The translations under genes and the position numbers were made by a program. The notes under the pieces were generated by a model. It ran no database searches. It was not told the origin of the DNA and saw nothing but the letters and a program-made list of their open reading frames with translations. DNA of 63,614 bases, filler included, from Globobulimina sp. (Eukaryota), in NCBI GenBank assembly GCA_003354225.1. It is 57 parts of 57 records of this genome, joined end to end, with 100 filler letters (N's around TTAATTAATTAA, not from the genome) between each part and the next. Parts side by side here need not be neighbours in the genome. Positions count along the whole stretch, not along the records: positions 11,191 to 12,209 come from PIVH01025669.1; positions 12,310 to 13,327 come from PIVH01025670.1; positions 13,428 to 14,445 come from PIVH01025671.1; positions 14,546 to 15,563 come from PIVH01025672.1; positions 15,664 to 16,681 come from PIVH01025673.1; positions 16,782 to 17,799 come from PIVH01025674.1; positions 17,900 to 18,917 come from PIVH01025675.1; positions 19,018 to 20,035 come from PIVH01025676.1; 49 more parts are not named here. The stretch is one strand, 5' to 3'. Shown here piece after piece: positions 11,191-24,607 of this stretch. Numbering within the stretch: the first letter of the stretch is position 1; each line of letters starts with the position of its first letter.

Positions 11191-12176
11191 AATTCATTTG
11201 GTTCAACGTATACTGATTTTGCATATTTTGTACTAGCAGCTTCTGTTAAAAAACCAATAGTGTTTTTCCAAAGGCAGGTTTCGGTTGCACCAGGCCAATA
11301 ATTATCAAAAATATAATGCTGCGATATCCCAGTTTGTCCTTTGGCAGTCATGTCTTTAATCATGTTTTGTCCAAATAGGCCAGTCCACATATAAAGTTCG
11401 CCATCAACATTTTGTGCAATAGGATCATGATACGGTGGTACAAAATACCTTGGTCCTGTTGAACCCATTTGATGTTTTTCGACCATTACCTGTGGAAACC
11501 ATGTTTTTGCAGTAATCTCTGATATTGCTCGAGTATCTGATTGTGATAAAATAACAAAATCTCTGTTATTATCATGGCCTACATATTTGTGGTAAACTCC
11601 TGGTAATGAGCTGCCTTCGTATTTTGTGTTTTTGTATTTGTTATAATGGTTTACCACCATATCCATTCCATCAGGGTTATGACAAGGGACCATCATAAAT
11701 ACTACATCATTTAATATACTAGTAAATTCATCAGCAGTTTGGCTAATTAAACTATGAGCAATTAGCGGTGCTGATTGCGATGGGCCAATTTCATTAGAAT
11801 GCATAGAAAGAGTTGACAAGACAAAAACTTTTCCTGTTTTAGATATGTTTTCCAACTCTACAGAAGCTAGGTTAACATCAAGGGCTAATTTTTTATTAGT
11901 AGCTTTTAGTAAATCAAGATTATTAATATTCTCTGATGATGAAATAAAAGCTATGTATAGTGGCTTACCCATTGGTGATTTACCAATTTCTTCCAATTTT
12001 AGTTTGTCCGAACTTTTATCAAGAATCTGAAAGTATTCAATAAGTTTTTCGTAGGTGAAAAGCATTCGGCTGGTTCCGGGTTTGAACCCAAAAAACTTTT
12101 CTGGTTTTATTATTGTTTGACTATTTAATAGAAAACTAAAAAGGAAGAAAATAGAAAATGTTAGAATTCTTCGCAT
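11191..12176 (-). CDS. Bacterial secreted M14 zinc carboxypeptidase family protein (Bacteroidota-like), 3'-partial
   Basis: Signal peptide; SMHSNE (HxxE), NPDG, GHDNNRD and EKHQMG motifs; no introns. Confidence 0.9.
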
Positions 12177-12449
12177 GGCTGGTTAAATTGGTTTTTCAAA
12201 ATTATTGACNNNNNNNNNNNNNNNNNNNNNNNNNNNNNNNNNNNNNNNNNNNNTTAATTAATTAANNNNNNNNNNNNNNNNNNNNNNNNNNNNNNNNNNN
12301 NNNNNNNNNCAAAAACACAGTAATATAAAAAAGCAGGTCGAGCTAGAAAAATGTGTTACAAGTTCTTTTATTGACTGCGGATCCATCATAAAAAAACAAG
12401 ATCTTTTATTGACTTCTTTTATTGACTTCGACTTATATTTTTTCTTCAT

Positions 12450-13327
12450 TTATGGTGAACCGTCAGGTGATGAAGACTGAATGTTTGAATGGTTAATAGT
12501 TTTCTCAATCTGTTGCAATTCCAGTTCACTTTCACAATCTTTATGTTTTAGTATACTTCGTAAACATAAATCAGCTCCAAAACATAAGAATGCATATAAC
12601 GAATTATTCCAGTCCAACAATAAAAAATTACAAACTCCATTCATCATCGCATCAAATGGCAACAAAAATGTCAAATTTGGATAAAACGGAATCGCAAATG
12701 TATAAAATACGAATGTGGAACTTATACACAACATTCCTAAAATAAGCAATTTACGAACCACGGCTTGAAGCTCTACATCTTGAATACTTGGATGTTTTGT
12801 TAATTGTCGGATTTTATAAATAAATATTGTCAAAGTCGCAATACCCACTAGAAAATCTTTAATTGTTGTTGTAATATTTTGATTTTGTTGCGGAGAGAAA
12901 CACATTTTGTCGATCAGATATTTCTGTGCCAGAACAAAATGAAAATATTATTACAACCTTGTCCACCAAACAAAGTCGGCCATATCTTCTCATAAAATGA
13001 TAATTCAGCACTTGTGTCATTGTTATACAATGTACAAATTGTTAATTCTTTTGAAGGCATAATGACTCCGACTGAGACGTGGGATAAACATGGTTCCATC
13101 CATAATGTAGCAAATACTGCGAAATCAATGGTAATTATGGAAGCAAATAGCATCATAAAAGTTGAATTTAGTGCATATTGACTGCAATGAAACTGAAACA
13201 GTACAAAATGACAAATAAGTGAAATAACTGTGAAATACTATGAAATGAATGACTTAACTGCCAGGTACAGACGATATAGCAATAACATATGAAGTGAATA
13301 TTTGCCGAACATATAAAATAAATAATT
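12450..13327 (-). CDS. Divergent 7TM/GPCR-like protein, partial; introns at 12857..12957 and about 13183-13257
   Basis: FGKYSLHMLLLYRLYLA...LFGGQ|DFLVGIATLTIFIYK...FDAMMNGVCNFL; splicing joins the ORF-track pieces in frame. Confidence 0.7.
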
Positions 13328-14051
13328 NNNNNNNNNNNNNNNNNNNNNNNNNNNNNNNNNNNNNNNNNNNNTTAATTAATTAANNNNNNNNNNNNNNNNN
13401 NNNNNNNNNNNNNNNNNNNNNNNNNNNTACGATACGAATATCTTTATTCATCATCAAGAGTTTTAGGCGGTTCAAATCAAAACTTGTGATGAAGAATATT
13501 TCCTATAGAAATGATCCTGTACAAGTATTTCCTTAAAGAAACAAAAATCATAAAACATTCTCTAAAAAATTCACATTATCATCAAATAGTTATTCAATTA
13601 GCAAAAATCAATTCTATTTATGGGAATTTAGAAACTCAAAATCACCCAAATTCACGCACACCAAAATTATAATTCCTTTCAAACTACTAGCTATAAAACA
13701 TGATTTGTTTATTATTGCATTTTTTTAAAATAAACCATTTGTTTAATGTGAATTCTGACATTAATTTGATTCAATTGCTAATTGACAAATTTAACATCAT
13801 GTCGATCAATGCGATCCATTCCCATAGATGTCATGCAATCCATTCCCTTCAACAATTATCGTGTCAATATAGTAAAAGAATAATAATAGAGGTGGTGCAG
13901 GATTTGTATTTTAAGATTTTCCTCTTCTATTACTTGTTATGACATTGTAACACAAAGCAACCAATATTCTCTGAAGATCTTCCTCATTTTCTCTTGACTT
14001 AATACTTGAAAAAAAACAGTATAGTGTTGCCAGAAAATGTCAATTTTATGA

Positions 14052-14445
14052 ATGTATCAACGTCACAAAGATAATAATAATACAACTAATCCTATTTCAA
14101 TATCCATAAGTTCGCCATCATCAGATACATCACCGCCGTCATCATCACATCTGATAAACACGCATTCTCCAACCACAATGGCCTCACGACAATGGAAACA
14201 ATTTCAACGTGAATTCTATTCCTTCATATTTTCAACATTAGGCAAATCCTTAATTCTCGTTGGCATCATATTTGCATTCTATTTCATACTCAGTATAATC
14301 GCAATGTGGTCCACCTATATGACAGGTATTACATTTATACAATTCATACCATCACAGCAAACAAAACAAAAAACAAATCTAAAAAAAGGCGAGAACATAA
14401 TCGCTAAAACCATTGATATCTCCTCAATATCACCGTTTTGCAGTC
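14052..14445 (+). CDS. Hypothetical membrane protein, 3'-partial
   Basis: Ser/Pro-rich N-terminus followed by a hydrophobic helix. Confidence 0.45.
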
Positions 14446-14697
14446 NNNNNNNNNNNNNNNNNNNNNNNNNNNNNNNNNNNNNNNNNNNNTTAATTAATTA
14501 ANNNNNNNNNNNNNNNNNNNNNNNNNNNNNNNNNNNNNNNNNNNNCACATTGCGTTCTCCCATTTTTTTTTGCGACACGATATTGACTATTTTAAAATGC
14601 CATCCTTGTTCGACTAGTTTTCTAAAATGCCATCAAAGTTTTGCTTTTTCAGTTCAAAAGAGATGAGCTTGACGACATAAATTTGCCATGATTTTGC

Positions 14698-15288
14698 ATG
14701 AATTCAATTGAATGTGTAATCGCTAAGCACATCAAAGCCAAATTGAGTCTAAAGAAAGATCAGCCATATCGGTATGCTGTAGAATTTAAATGTAAATTAC
14801 CACAGAATCTGATTACAAAATTAAAGATTACATTGCCGATTAAATCATACGCAGAATTTGAGAGTTATTTTGATGTGCCATGGGTATCAAAAGTAACTGA
14901 TAACGCAGAAACCACTGAATATGGATCTATTTCATTGCGAATACGGAGGATATCTGCATGCCAAGTATGCAATGTATATGAAAGATGTCACAGTTTATAT
15001 GCTTTGATTACTGATGTTGGTAAATATAATTTGGATTATAATATTATATACAATAAATTTATTAAAATTAAATGCATCGCAAAGCTTATACATAAAGAGA
15101 GAATTGATAGAAACCAACAGGGAGATAATATTGATACGACACAGAGGTCGCAAGTTGAGATATTAACAACTTATTTATCACTCTCCATACAACATTTTGA
15201 AAGTGAATACAAGAAACGTTGCAAAGGCACTGTTTCTAAAAAACGAACAACGCCAACGGATTGTAATCAAAATATATTGATGTCGTAA
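14698..15288 (+). CDS. Hypothetical protein
   Basis: 196-aa ORF with no recognised motif. Confidence 0.45.
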   Translation: MNSIECVIAKHIKAKLSLKKDQPYRYAVEFKCKLPQNLITKLKITLPIKSYAEFESYFDVPWVSKVTDNAETTEYGSISLRIRRISACQVCNVYERCHSLYALITDVGKYNLDYNIIYNKFIKIKCIAKLIHKERIDRNQQGDNIDTTQRSQVEILTTYLSLSIQHFESEYKKRCKGTVSKKRTTPTDCNQNILMS

Positions 15289-15663
15289 CATATGGACTGA
15301 TTTTATTGGCGCGTACTTCCTCTGATAAAATCTCTTGCACGGGTCATTTGAATTTTTTCTTGTCTTTGTTGATATACAAATTTCATTGAATTCATGTATT
15401 TTAAATATTGATTATTAATTACACTTAGTATCATTTCCATTTGCTCCTTTAATATGTTTCTTAGTGTCTGTGTTTATATGTTTCTCAGTCAAATGCATAC
15501 AAAACACAATATTATACAACCTGTAATTCTCTCTGGAGCTTGGCATAATCTTCTTTGTGTTTCNNNNNNNNNNNNNNNNNNNNNNNNNNNNNNNNNNNNN
15601 NNNNNNNTTAATTAATTAANNNNNNNNNNNNNNNNNNNNNNNNNNNNNNNNNNNNNNNNNNNN

Positions 15664-16631
15664 AATTTCTTAACCTGGAGAATGAGATTATTTCTATGGC
15701 TTTCATTGGTGGTTGATTTCTTTGGCGTATTTTTTATTGTTTCCTATTCTTTTTATAGTCCAAAGGCTGATAATTTACAAATCTATTTTACAAATATTGG
15801 TAATGTTTATTTCTGGGAAATTATTCTTTGCATTGTACCGTTTGCAGTGATAGGTATATATATATATTCGATTTACTTTATATTTTGCACCCTTTATTGA
15901 TTTTAGGTTCCTTCGGATTGCATTTATATTGGACGGTAAAACTAACAGTCGATGTTGTAGACAGTGCTTTGGGTCGATGTGTTTTCTGCCCATTGGTTAC
16001 TTTCGGAATCACATTTTTATGGATCATTGGCTTTTTCGTGACATTGTTAAGTATGACAATATTCTGTGTATGGTGGGCTGCTGCGGCTGTGATTTTAATG
16101 GCAGTCTCTGACCGGTTACCATGGCATAAAATGTCAAAAAAGTTTTATGTAGATTTTATACATTGGATATTGAACGAATCGCATGATATCATTGATGTTG
16201 ACACAAAGAAAATATTAATTTCAAAAAATAAAGATAGAATATTAAGAATATGTGTTTTTAATAAATTTGTATTGGACGAGGGATGGATGAATTATTTTGA
16301 TAAAGAATTGCTTGAATTTCTCCAACAAAAAGAAAAAGATAGATTTAAGAATGTAAGTTACAGAGATTTGCGAGTTAACTGCGATAGTACGAAATATGTC
16401 TATCAAGGCCATACTTGGCAGAATAAAAGAAAACATCCTTATTTCCTACAAACATTTTATTATGAGGTATATGCATCATTGTTGACGGAATTTAAAGATA
16501 AATGGAACGTATTGCGTAGTCGTTACAGTATTGCTGTTATAACACTATATTTATTGATTTGGATTGCTGGGCCAATTTATATATTTTTAAGCATTTGTAA
16601 TGTAATATTGCCGTTTCTAATTGTGTCATAG
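15664..16631 (+). CDS. Multi-pass membrane protein; intron 15854..15906
   Basis: GT-AG 53-nt intron joins ...PFAVI|GSFGLHLYW... in frame. Confidence 0.7.
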
Positions 16632-17899
16632 TTAGATCTTTCTGCTGGAATTAATCCATTTACAGATTTGCATAAATTTCANNNNNNNNNNNNNNNNNNN
16701 NNNNNNNNNNNNNNNNNNNNNNNNNTTAATTAATTAANNNNNNNNNNNNNNNNNNNNNNNNNNNNNNNNNNNNNNNNNNNNTGGTACCGTTCTATTATTA
16801 TTTGTATGCCTTTTGTGAATACTGTGCGTTTATTGCATTTCTAACTGTAATATGTAAATTTAGTGATATAACTAACTACCTACGAAGCGGTCGACATCCT
16901 GTTTTCTCTCTCTCTTTGTTCAACTCGAGTTTGGTCTTTGTCGTTGATCATCAAACTTGTTTTAGATTTAGTTCCACATAAAACTTCATATCGTGAACGT
17001 AAAAATTTGTTTTGTGCTTCGAACGCCAATAACCTGAAAGATTGCTGAAAGCCTAGAAGCGAAGGAGTTATACTAGAGAATTTAGGGTCTATGTGACACA
17101 TACAGTAGTTCAAGGTAAAAGATCAAAATTTATCGGATAGCACTGAAAACAGTAAGCTTTTCGAGTAGCACAGACATAACTGATAAATGATTGGCATAAC
17201 AAATTGAAGGCATCACGGCAGTAGGAGTTGACCAAAATTAATAAATTTGCTGTGCCTATACAAATTCAATGCAACATTATTCATCGACTCATTTTTCACT
17301 CCGTAGCAGCTGTTTCTTTTTTCTCTGTCTCTTTCTACATACTTTCTAATATCCACCAGACTTGACTTGACTTCCTTGTCGACCAAAATCTGTTACTGTC
17401 TAGTTTAGTACAAATGTAATGTGTTAAAATTTATTGTAATTATGAGAAAAAACGAGATTTTTTCAAAAAATCAACATTTTCCTCAAAAGTGGATGGTCAT
17501 TTACAATGAAATCCGTTAGCCGATTGAGTTCATACCAGATGCGTGCCAAGGCATGACTTTTAGCTAGAATTCGGTACAAAAGCAGGGTAAAATTCTGAAT
17601 TTCTTTGTCGGTATGTAAAGTTAACCCAATAACGATTTCTAATTATATTTTCTGCCAGTCATACTTATTCAAGATTTCCAGAAAGTTGATGGTGTAACAA
17701 AAACAATATTTTTAAATAGTTTGTTTACATTTTTATCATGATGTCATTTGATGATTTCTGAATGTTCTAATACAATCATTTTCTTTTACGGAAGTGGTCN
17801 NNNNNNNNNNNNNNNNNNNNNNNNNNNNNNNNNNNNNNNNNNNTTAATTAATTAANNNNNNNNNNNNNNNNNNNNNNNNNNNNNNNNNNNNNNNNNNNN

Positions 17900-18752
17900 C
17901 ATCATACACTGCGGCGCCATTCACTGTTATTTGCATTGAATCTTGCGTTTGATGCAACGTATAATGGTATAATACTCCTAGGCTTAAACTATCTAAATTA
18001 TCAGAGTTAAATGTGTTATCCGCAGCGTTGACGGTTGAAACAGTTGAATTAAAGTACTATGTATACAATACACATCTATATAGAAACAATATAAATATTA
18101 ATTAAAAATTATATAATTACAATACCTGTCCTTCAAACACATAAATAGCAGGGAATTGTTGGTCGAAGGAATCTCCGATATGTAGTATGGAGCCCCATTT
18201 GCCAGTGGCAGGGAATGATGAGAATATGATATCAAATTCAATATGAATTTCATCCAACACATCCACTGTACCAATAATGTTATTATGTGATGGCATTCGT
18301 ATATAATTTACGGGATCATTTACTATTGGAATAGATTGGGGATAACCACACAATGAAAAAGCTTGATAAACAGTACAATACCAATCGACCCAAAGTCCAG
18401 CCCTTTCGACAAGCACACAATCTTCACCAGGAGTTGCAGTGAATCTACCCGGGTACCATGGTGTTTCATTAAACGTGGTTCCATAGTCCCATTCCGTGCC
18501 ATCAGTCCATGTCCACTCTATATCATTAAGACCAATCCATGCTGGACGTCCACTTAGTGTGTAAAGTGTATCGGTTGCATCTGTATTATCTGTGGTTGCA
18601 TGGATTGATGCTAAATGTGTGCCGTAATTAAACAAGCACAAATTCTCTGAAGCTTCCCATGTTAATGATTCTTGTTGTAAGATGTACAACTGTGAACGAG
18701 TAAGTATGGTGAAAATAACATCAAATACAATCATAGCTCTAAAGAGTGCCAT
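17900..18752 (-). CDS. Secreted C-type lectin + ConA/LamG-like domain protein; intron 18057..18125
   Basis: Signal peptide; TWEASENLC, HLASIH, WIGLND, WTWTDG, EDCV...WVDWYC...SLC; spliced frame stays open to the contig end. Confidence 0.88.
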
Positions 18753-19425
18753 GTTCTGTTAGGCTGTCAAGATTAAAAACAGTCTGCTCGTATAATAGGA
18801 TTTGAAAGATTAGAAAACGCATTTAAATAATTGAAAGGAATAATAAAAATAAAAAAAGAAATCACTATTTACAAGTCAAGAGATTCAGCGCCAGATTCAG
18901 ATACGGATTCATATGCANNNNNNNNNNNNNNNNNNNNNNNNNNNNNNNNNNNNNNNNNNNNTTAATTAATTAANNNNNNNNNNNNNNNNNNNNNNNNNNN
19001 NNNNNNNNNNNNNNNNNATTGGCGCTCCACTTTTCTTGCAGCAATCACAACCATTATTTTGTCTTATTGCCACTGAAGCTGCAGCATTATTTGCGGCTGA
19101 ATATTGTGGTATTGATGCGGCGCCAAGTATCAGTCGAACAGTTACAATGGATGTTACAGGTAATGTATGTACTGATTATCCAGGATGGGATAATGATGGC
19201 CAATGGGGTGACAAACCCGTTATGTCTTTTCAGATGAATGCAGCAAAGCCAGATGGATTAAGAAGTCGACCATTGTCGTTATTACATTGCGTATCCACAG
19301 AAATGCATACATATTGGTTGACTGTGGCGTTGACATCGTTTAGTAACATTCATGCCACATTTCCACTCAAAGTTTTTACTTGCTTGTGTTACAAAATTTT
19401 GCTTGCCGGCGTTACAAAATTTTGC

Positions 19426-19701
19426 TTGCCATAATTGAGACATAATTGAGAAACGATTATTACACAACAGTCCAGAATTATTACCGCAGCTGCATCACCA
19501 AACATTATTCAGTTTGTTTACAATGTGTATATGGTGGTGAGGGAGGGCGCGAAGCGCCCTCACCACCGCATAGACATAACAATCAAACTGAATAATTTTT
19601 GGCGATGCCGCTGCAGTAATAATTCTGGACTGTTGTGTAATAATCGTTTCTCAATTATGTTGCAGTAATAATTCTGGACTGTTGTGTCTCAATTATGGCA
19701 A
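19426..19701. mobile_element. Foldback/palindromic element centred on GGGCGC-GAA-GCGCCC
   Basis: 19440..19484 is the exact reverse complement of 19616..19660; arms pair imperfectly inward to 19545-19559; outer IR TTGCCATAATTGAGACA. Confidence 0.7.
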
Positions 19702-20507
19702 AAATCAAAACGAATAAAAAAACGAATAAACACAACAAAATAAGTCACATATTGACATCACCAATCACTTGTATCTTGACATAAATTATAACTTTGCAAA
19801 ATAGAATCGATTTTACTCTTAATAGAACCAATTTGTTTAGACGTTTCCCGTAATACTTTAATAATTTCATTGTCTTCATCTTCATGAATAGTACAATCCA
19901 ATTTAAGTCTCTTTCGTTTTGGTGACTTAATAAAGTCATCAAATGGAGTGAAAAAATATTAAAAATAAAATGTTAGCAGAGATGGTTTCATCTGTTTTTC
20001 ATCTGTTTTTAGTGTGCCCATTACAGTTTTTTCATNNNNNNNNNNNNNNNNNNNNNNNNNNNNNNNNNNNNNNNNNNNNTTAATTAATTAANNNNNNNNN
20101 NNNNNNNNNNNNNNNNNNNNNNNNNNNNNNNNNNNTAAAAGAAAAACAAGAAAAAATTAATTATTTAATGAAAGACATTGAAAAATATAAAAAATTAATG
20201 AATGATAAACATTCAATCATTCATTCTCAAAAAAAACAAATTGAAAAATTATTAATTTGCAAAATGAAACATCAATTTGTTAGACAGATTAATCAAAGTA
20301 TAGAGCACAAATAAATGATTTGTAAATTGTATGCAAATTTATGCACAAAACTCTTTTCATATTACACACACATTTTTTGTGCAATTGTATACATGCTACT
20401 TTTTTCTTTTTTCTTTTTTATGCAAGAATAGTAGGCCGGAAATATAGTAATCAGCCGTTACTGTACGGTTCACCGGAAAATGAGCGTTAAATAATAGTTA
20501 GATATCA

Positions 20508-21152
20508 TTATAAAGATAAGTTTTCGATTGCTTTTTGAATTAATTTTATGTCTGGTTTTTGTTTATGTTGTCTTGTTTTCGAATAACGAGCAGATTCATG
20601 ACAATTTGGGTTCAATTTGGTCCATAACGTATTTACTGCAGTAATCATCGAAATTATTTTCTTCATTTTGTTTGTATCATTTCTGTGCATTGCATTTTGT
20701 GCGGCTTTCAAAGCAGTATGATATTCATCATCAGACCAACATGATTCCAACATTGGATCTGCCTGATTCAATAATAACAGTTCAACCATTTCCAAATACC
20801 CTTTTTTCGCAGCAACCATCAACGCAGAATCATTAAACCATTCCCAACTTTTATCATAACCCCATTTCTCCTGCACCTCTGTCCATCTTTGTCGTTTATC
20901 CAAATCCATTTCATTTGCAATGCATTTTTTTATTGCATATAAATTCCCATAACTTGCCGCTGAAACTATCTCCGGTTCGACATCATCGATTGGATAAATA
21001 CTATGAGTCGACGTAAAATAATTTTGGGGATCAAATGATGACTCATTTGACTCAGACTCATTTGACTCAGACTCATTCGCATCAGACTGATCGGACGCAT
21101 TTGGAGATACATCCTGAGATGGTTCAGAATCTTGAGATAAACGAGCTGTTAA
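20508..21152 (-). CDS. Ankyrin-repeat protein, 5'-partial
   Basis: IVSAASYGNL and SALMVAAKKGYLEMVELLLLNQADP; upstream (ESESN)n repeat in the same frame. Confidence 0.8.
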   Translation of the reverse strand, partial: LTARLSQDSEPSQDVSPNASDQSDANESESNESESNESSFDPQNYFTSTHSIYPIDDVEPEIVSAASYGNLYAIKKCIANEMDLDKRQRWTEVQEKWGYDKSWEWFNDSALMVAAKKGYLEMVELLLLNQADPMLESCWSDDEYHTALKAAQNAMHRNDTNKMKKIISMITAVNTLWTKLNPNCHESARYSKTRQHKQKPDIKLIQKAIENLSL

Positions 21153-21537
21153 TNNNNNNNNNNNNNNNNNNNNNNNNNNNNNNNNNNNNNNNNNNNNTTA
21201 ATTAATTAANNNNNNNNNNNNNNNNNNNNNNNNNNNNNNNNNNNNNNNNNNNNATTTATACTTTAGGTAAAAACTGAAAATTGTAGTAAGACACTGTGTT
21301 AACGGAATACGTTACAACAATTATGCGTCTTCAGAACATGTTGCGTCGTTTAGTATTTTTTGTAAGCGCTATTTAGAGAAACAAATAGGTAATTCCTCAC
21401 TAATGATTAGCAGTATTTTCGCAAAAGAACAATATAGGTGTACCTAGACAAAATATAGTATGAAAAGTTTATTAGTGAATGAAAATAAAGTACTATTTTT
21501 ACAATAGATGTTGAGAAAGATCAATAAATCAATATAT

Positions 21538-22235
21538 TTATCCTTGTATTGCCATCGTCAAATCGCCATTATCTTTTCGTGCTTCAACCAATGGACATCG
21601 AAACAATCTGTCTTCATGCAATGTAGCCAAAATCTGTAACAACACTCTGTCCGATTCCCAGAAAATATTCAAACGGGCTGCTCGCTGAAAATATATACAC
21701 ATGTAGATAAATAAATTATAATTTTTTTGATAAATAAGTTTGGTCAAAAGTAGTGTTGTGAATGAAGTTTGGAAAAATGTGGGCGTTTTGTTGGGTCCCT
21801 TTAATTACAGTGTTACAACACAGCAGTAGATCCATATAAATGTTGCAATATATGGTACACCTCTTCAACGCAAGGTTTTCTGCGTTTTTTCTTTTCATAA
21901 ATGTAAAGTAAATTAAAATAATGGCAACACATGGGCATAAAGGAATAGAAATACTTGAAAATCTTACCATACTATACATGTATGTGTGTGTTTCAACGCA
22001 AAATACTGTATACTACACTACAGTACAATAACACAACAGACTGTACTACAGTACAATACCCGGTTCAAGTGCATAACAATAATACAATAATAATAATTTA
22101 CCAATGCCATCAATCTGAGTGACTTGAATTGAGTGTCTCTGAGAAATTTCCAATCATGACATCGAATCGACATTTCTAGCAATTCATTATTTATTTTTTG
22201 CCAACCGCGCTGTTTCTTCCGGCGTGGTGTTTCTG
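21538..22235 (-). CDS. Two exons of an unidentified gene; intron 21685..22101
   Basis: Both exons preceded by TTTTCAG acceptors; phase-0 join ...LRLMAL|RAARLNIFWESDR... Confidence 0.4.
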
Positions 22236-23489
22236 CTGAAAAATTGCATAGGTACGTACAGAACACATACANNNNNNNNNNNNNNNNNNNNNNNNNNNNN
22301 NNNNNNNNNNNNNNNTTAATTAATTAANNNNNNNNNNNNNNNNNNNNNNNNNNNNNNNNNNNNNNNNNNNNTTTTCTACTTTAAGACTCTACTCACCTTC
22401 GAATTACTTCCTTACACTCTAAACAACTTAGCAAGTCTCTACAATTGGGGGGTCAAGTGTTCCAACTTTCCACGACATAAAACAGCACCAATATAAAAGA
22501 AGAGGAAGGTATATATAATATACCAATATAAACTATCTTTAGCTCAGTTTAGGAGGTGCCGTATAAAATTAATTTATACATTTTCCAGAATAAGTTAAGA
22601 AGTACTATAAGTTAAGACGAGTGGAGACCAGCTGAGTGAAGTGAGTTAGTCCTAACACAAAATAAGAAAAATTAAAATAAAAGGACAATTACATTAACAT
22701 ATATGCATAAACTATAACACCGGTGAGATAAACACATACAAAATAAAAAAAAAAACAGATTGCAAATTGCAAAAATACAGATTGAAAACCAGTGAAACCT
22801 GGCTCAAACCAAACAAACCATAAAATACAAATAAAAATAAAATCAGAGTTTGAGAAATGAAATGCATTCATGTACCATTCAATATTGCTTTGTTGGGAGT
22901 CGCGACCCATTTGGCATCATTGTACGAGTCATGAGATGCTGTGGTTCCTCGGTCGTGGTCCACCGCTTGAAATATATATATGTGCGACAATACGTGTTTG
23001 ATTGGGTTAATATCGACATAGTATGGGTTGACATGCTTTGAACTTGAATCTAAATAATAAGTTTGAATCCGAATAATGACTTTGTACCAAATCAAATAAA
23101 TCCGATACAAACTAACAAAACCAACCAAATAAAATAAATAAATGTATCAGATATGACAACGAAGAAACGAACCACACGCAACAGCAATAGAAACAACACG
23201 AACATAAATGATGAATTTGAGAATAAAGAGGATGCATTAACATACTCCAAATTGTTATATTTGCAATCCACATTGGCCGCATTCACCAAACCATGGATAC
23301 GCTCTGGTTTGGATACTTTCCGCTGGATATTAGATGTCCGAAATTATAGAGATGGCCATCCCGAACATCCACAAGATATGTTGGTGCGGNNNNNNNNNNN
23401 NNNNNNNNNNNNNNNNNNNNNNNNNNNNNNNNNTTAATTAATTAANNNNNNNNNNNNNNNNNNNNNNNNNNNNNNNNNNNNNNNNNNNN

Positions 23490-24507
23490 TTTCTAGCTCC
23501 ATTTCGATGGTGATTTGAGGCTGTGGTTGGGTTTGGATTTCGTTGTTTATATCGTTATCATCATCTTGCTCCATATCACTGTCGCTGGCAGATATATCCA
23601 TGTCTTGTTCCATGCCATGTGCTAATAAACTGCCAATGTCATTAATATCTGCTTCCACATCGAGTGTGCTCTCTAAAATGGCCTCAATCTCTTCGATATT
23701 CTTACCTGTAATATGTCAAAAATGTATTTATAATAAGAAGCACTGTATTCAACAAAGAGTGAGATTTGACATGGTTTTCAGTAACGTTTTTTAAGGTTTT
23801 TTAAAATTTAAAGTTTTTACTTTGTTGACTGGCAACACTTTTTGTAGAATATAATTTTGTAGAAAAATATAAAAAGAAATGTTCTTACCTGGTGGCACTA
23901 AATGGGACAAATCGTCATCTTCAAAATCAATGCTATCCAACACAGTGAAACTCTGCCAATCAATCAACGCATTCGCCCGACGTTCATTCTCTTCATTTAA
24001 TAAATATTTTGCTTCCTTCTCCTTTTCCCGATTGGTCCATTCCGCGCAACCAATGGCCGCATACCATATACTGTCACGGTCCACATTCAAAACGTTATTA
24101 CGTTTCTTATTACGTTTATTGTGTTGATAGTCTTCAAACTCGTCAATAATATTCGAATAAGCGTCAATTAGCCGTTGGAAATATTGGAAACGTGGATGCA
24201 TTGGCGACAAAAAGCCAAATGTCTCGTTCTCGGGTTCGCCGCGCTGCAAATCACGAATGAAGGACTTGCCATGACACGCAGTGAATTGCGCGACGAGTTT
24301 GATCACAGCAATTTCGTAGGCGGTGATGCGTTTGGTCGGTAAGGGCACGATGAATTTGCTGTATTTGGTCGGTTCGATGATATATTGCGACTTTGGTTTC
24401 TTATTTAAGGCTAATTGCTGCATTATGCGCTGTTTTAAAGTTAATTTATGTGTGATAACTCCGGCGTTTTTTTTTGTTTTTTTGTTTTTGTTTTTGTCGT
24501 CGAGTCC
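23490..24507 (-). CDS. SF3A1: Splicing factor 3A subunit 1 (Prp21), partial; intron 23706..23888
   Basis: SURP domain VIKLVAQFTACHG...FGFLSPMHPRFQYFQRLIDAY and PRP21-like IDWQSFTVLDSIDF. Confidence 0.85.
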
Positions 24508-24607
24508 NNNNNNNNNNNNNNNNNNNNNNNNNNNNNNNNNNNNNNNNNNNNTTAATTAATTAANNNNNNNNNNNNNNNNNNNNNNNNNNNNNNNNNNNNN
24601 NNNNNNN

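Noticed and set aside
14593..14634. Direct repeat TAAAATGCCATC twice
   Set aside because: Too short, and no partner end or second copy elsewhere.
15854..15906. Apparent frameshift between ORFs 15682 and 15828
   Set aside because: Explained by a canonical 53-nt intron.
16782..17799. Possible RNA gene or transposon remnant
   Set aside because: No structure, TIR or coding motif that I could support.
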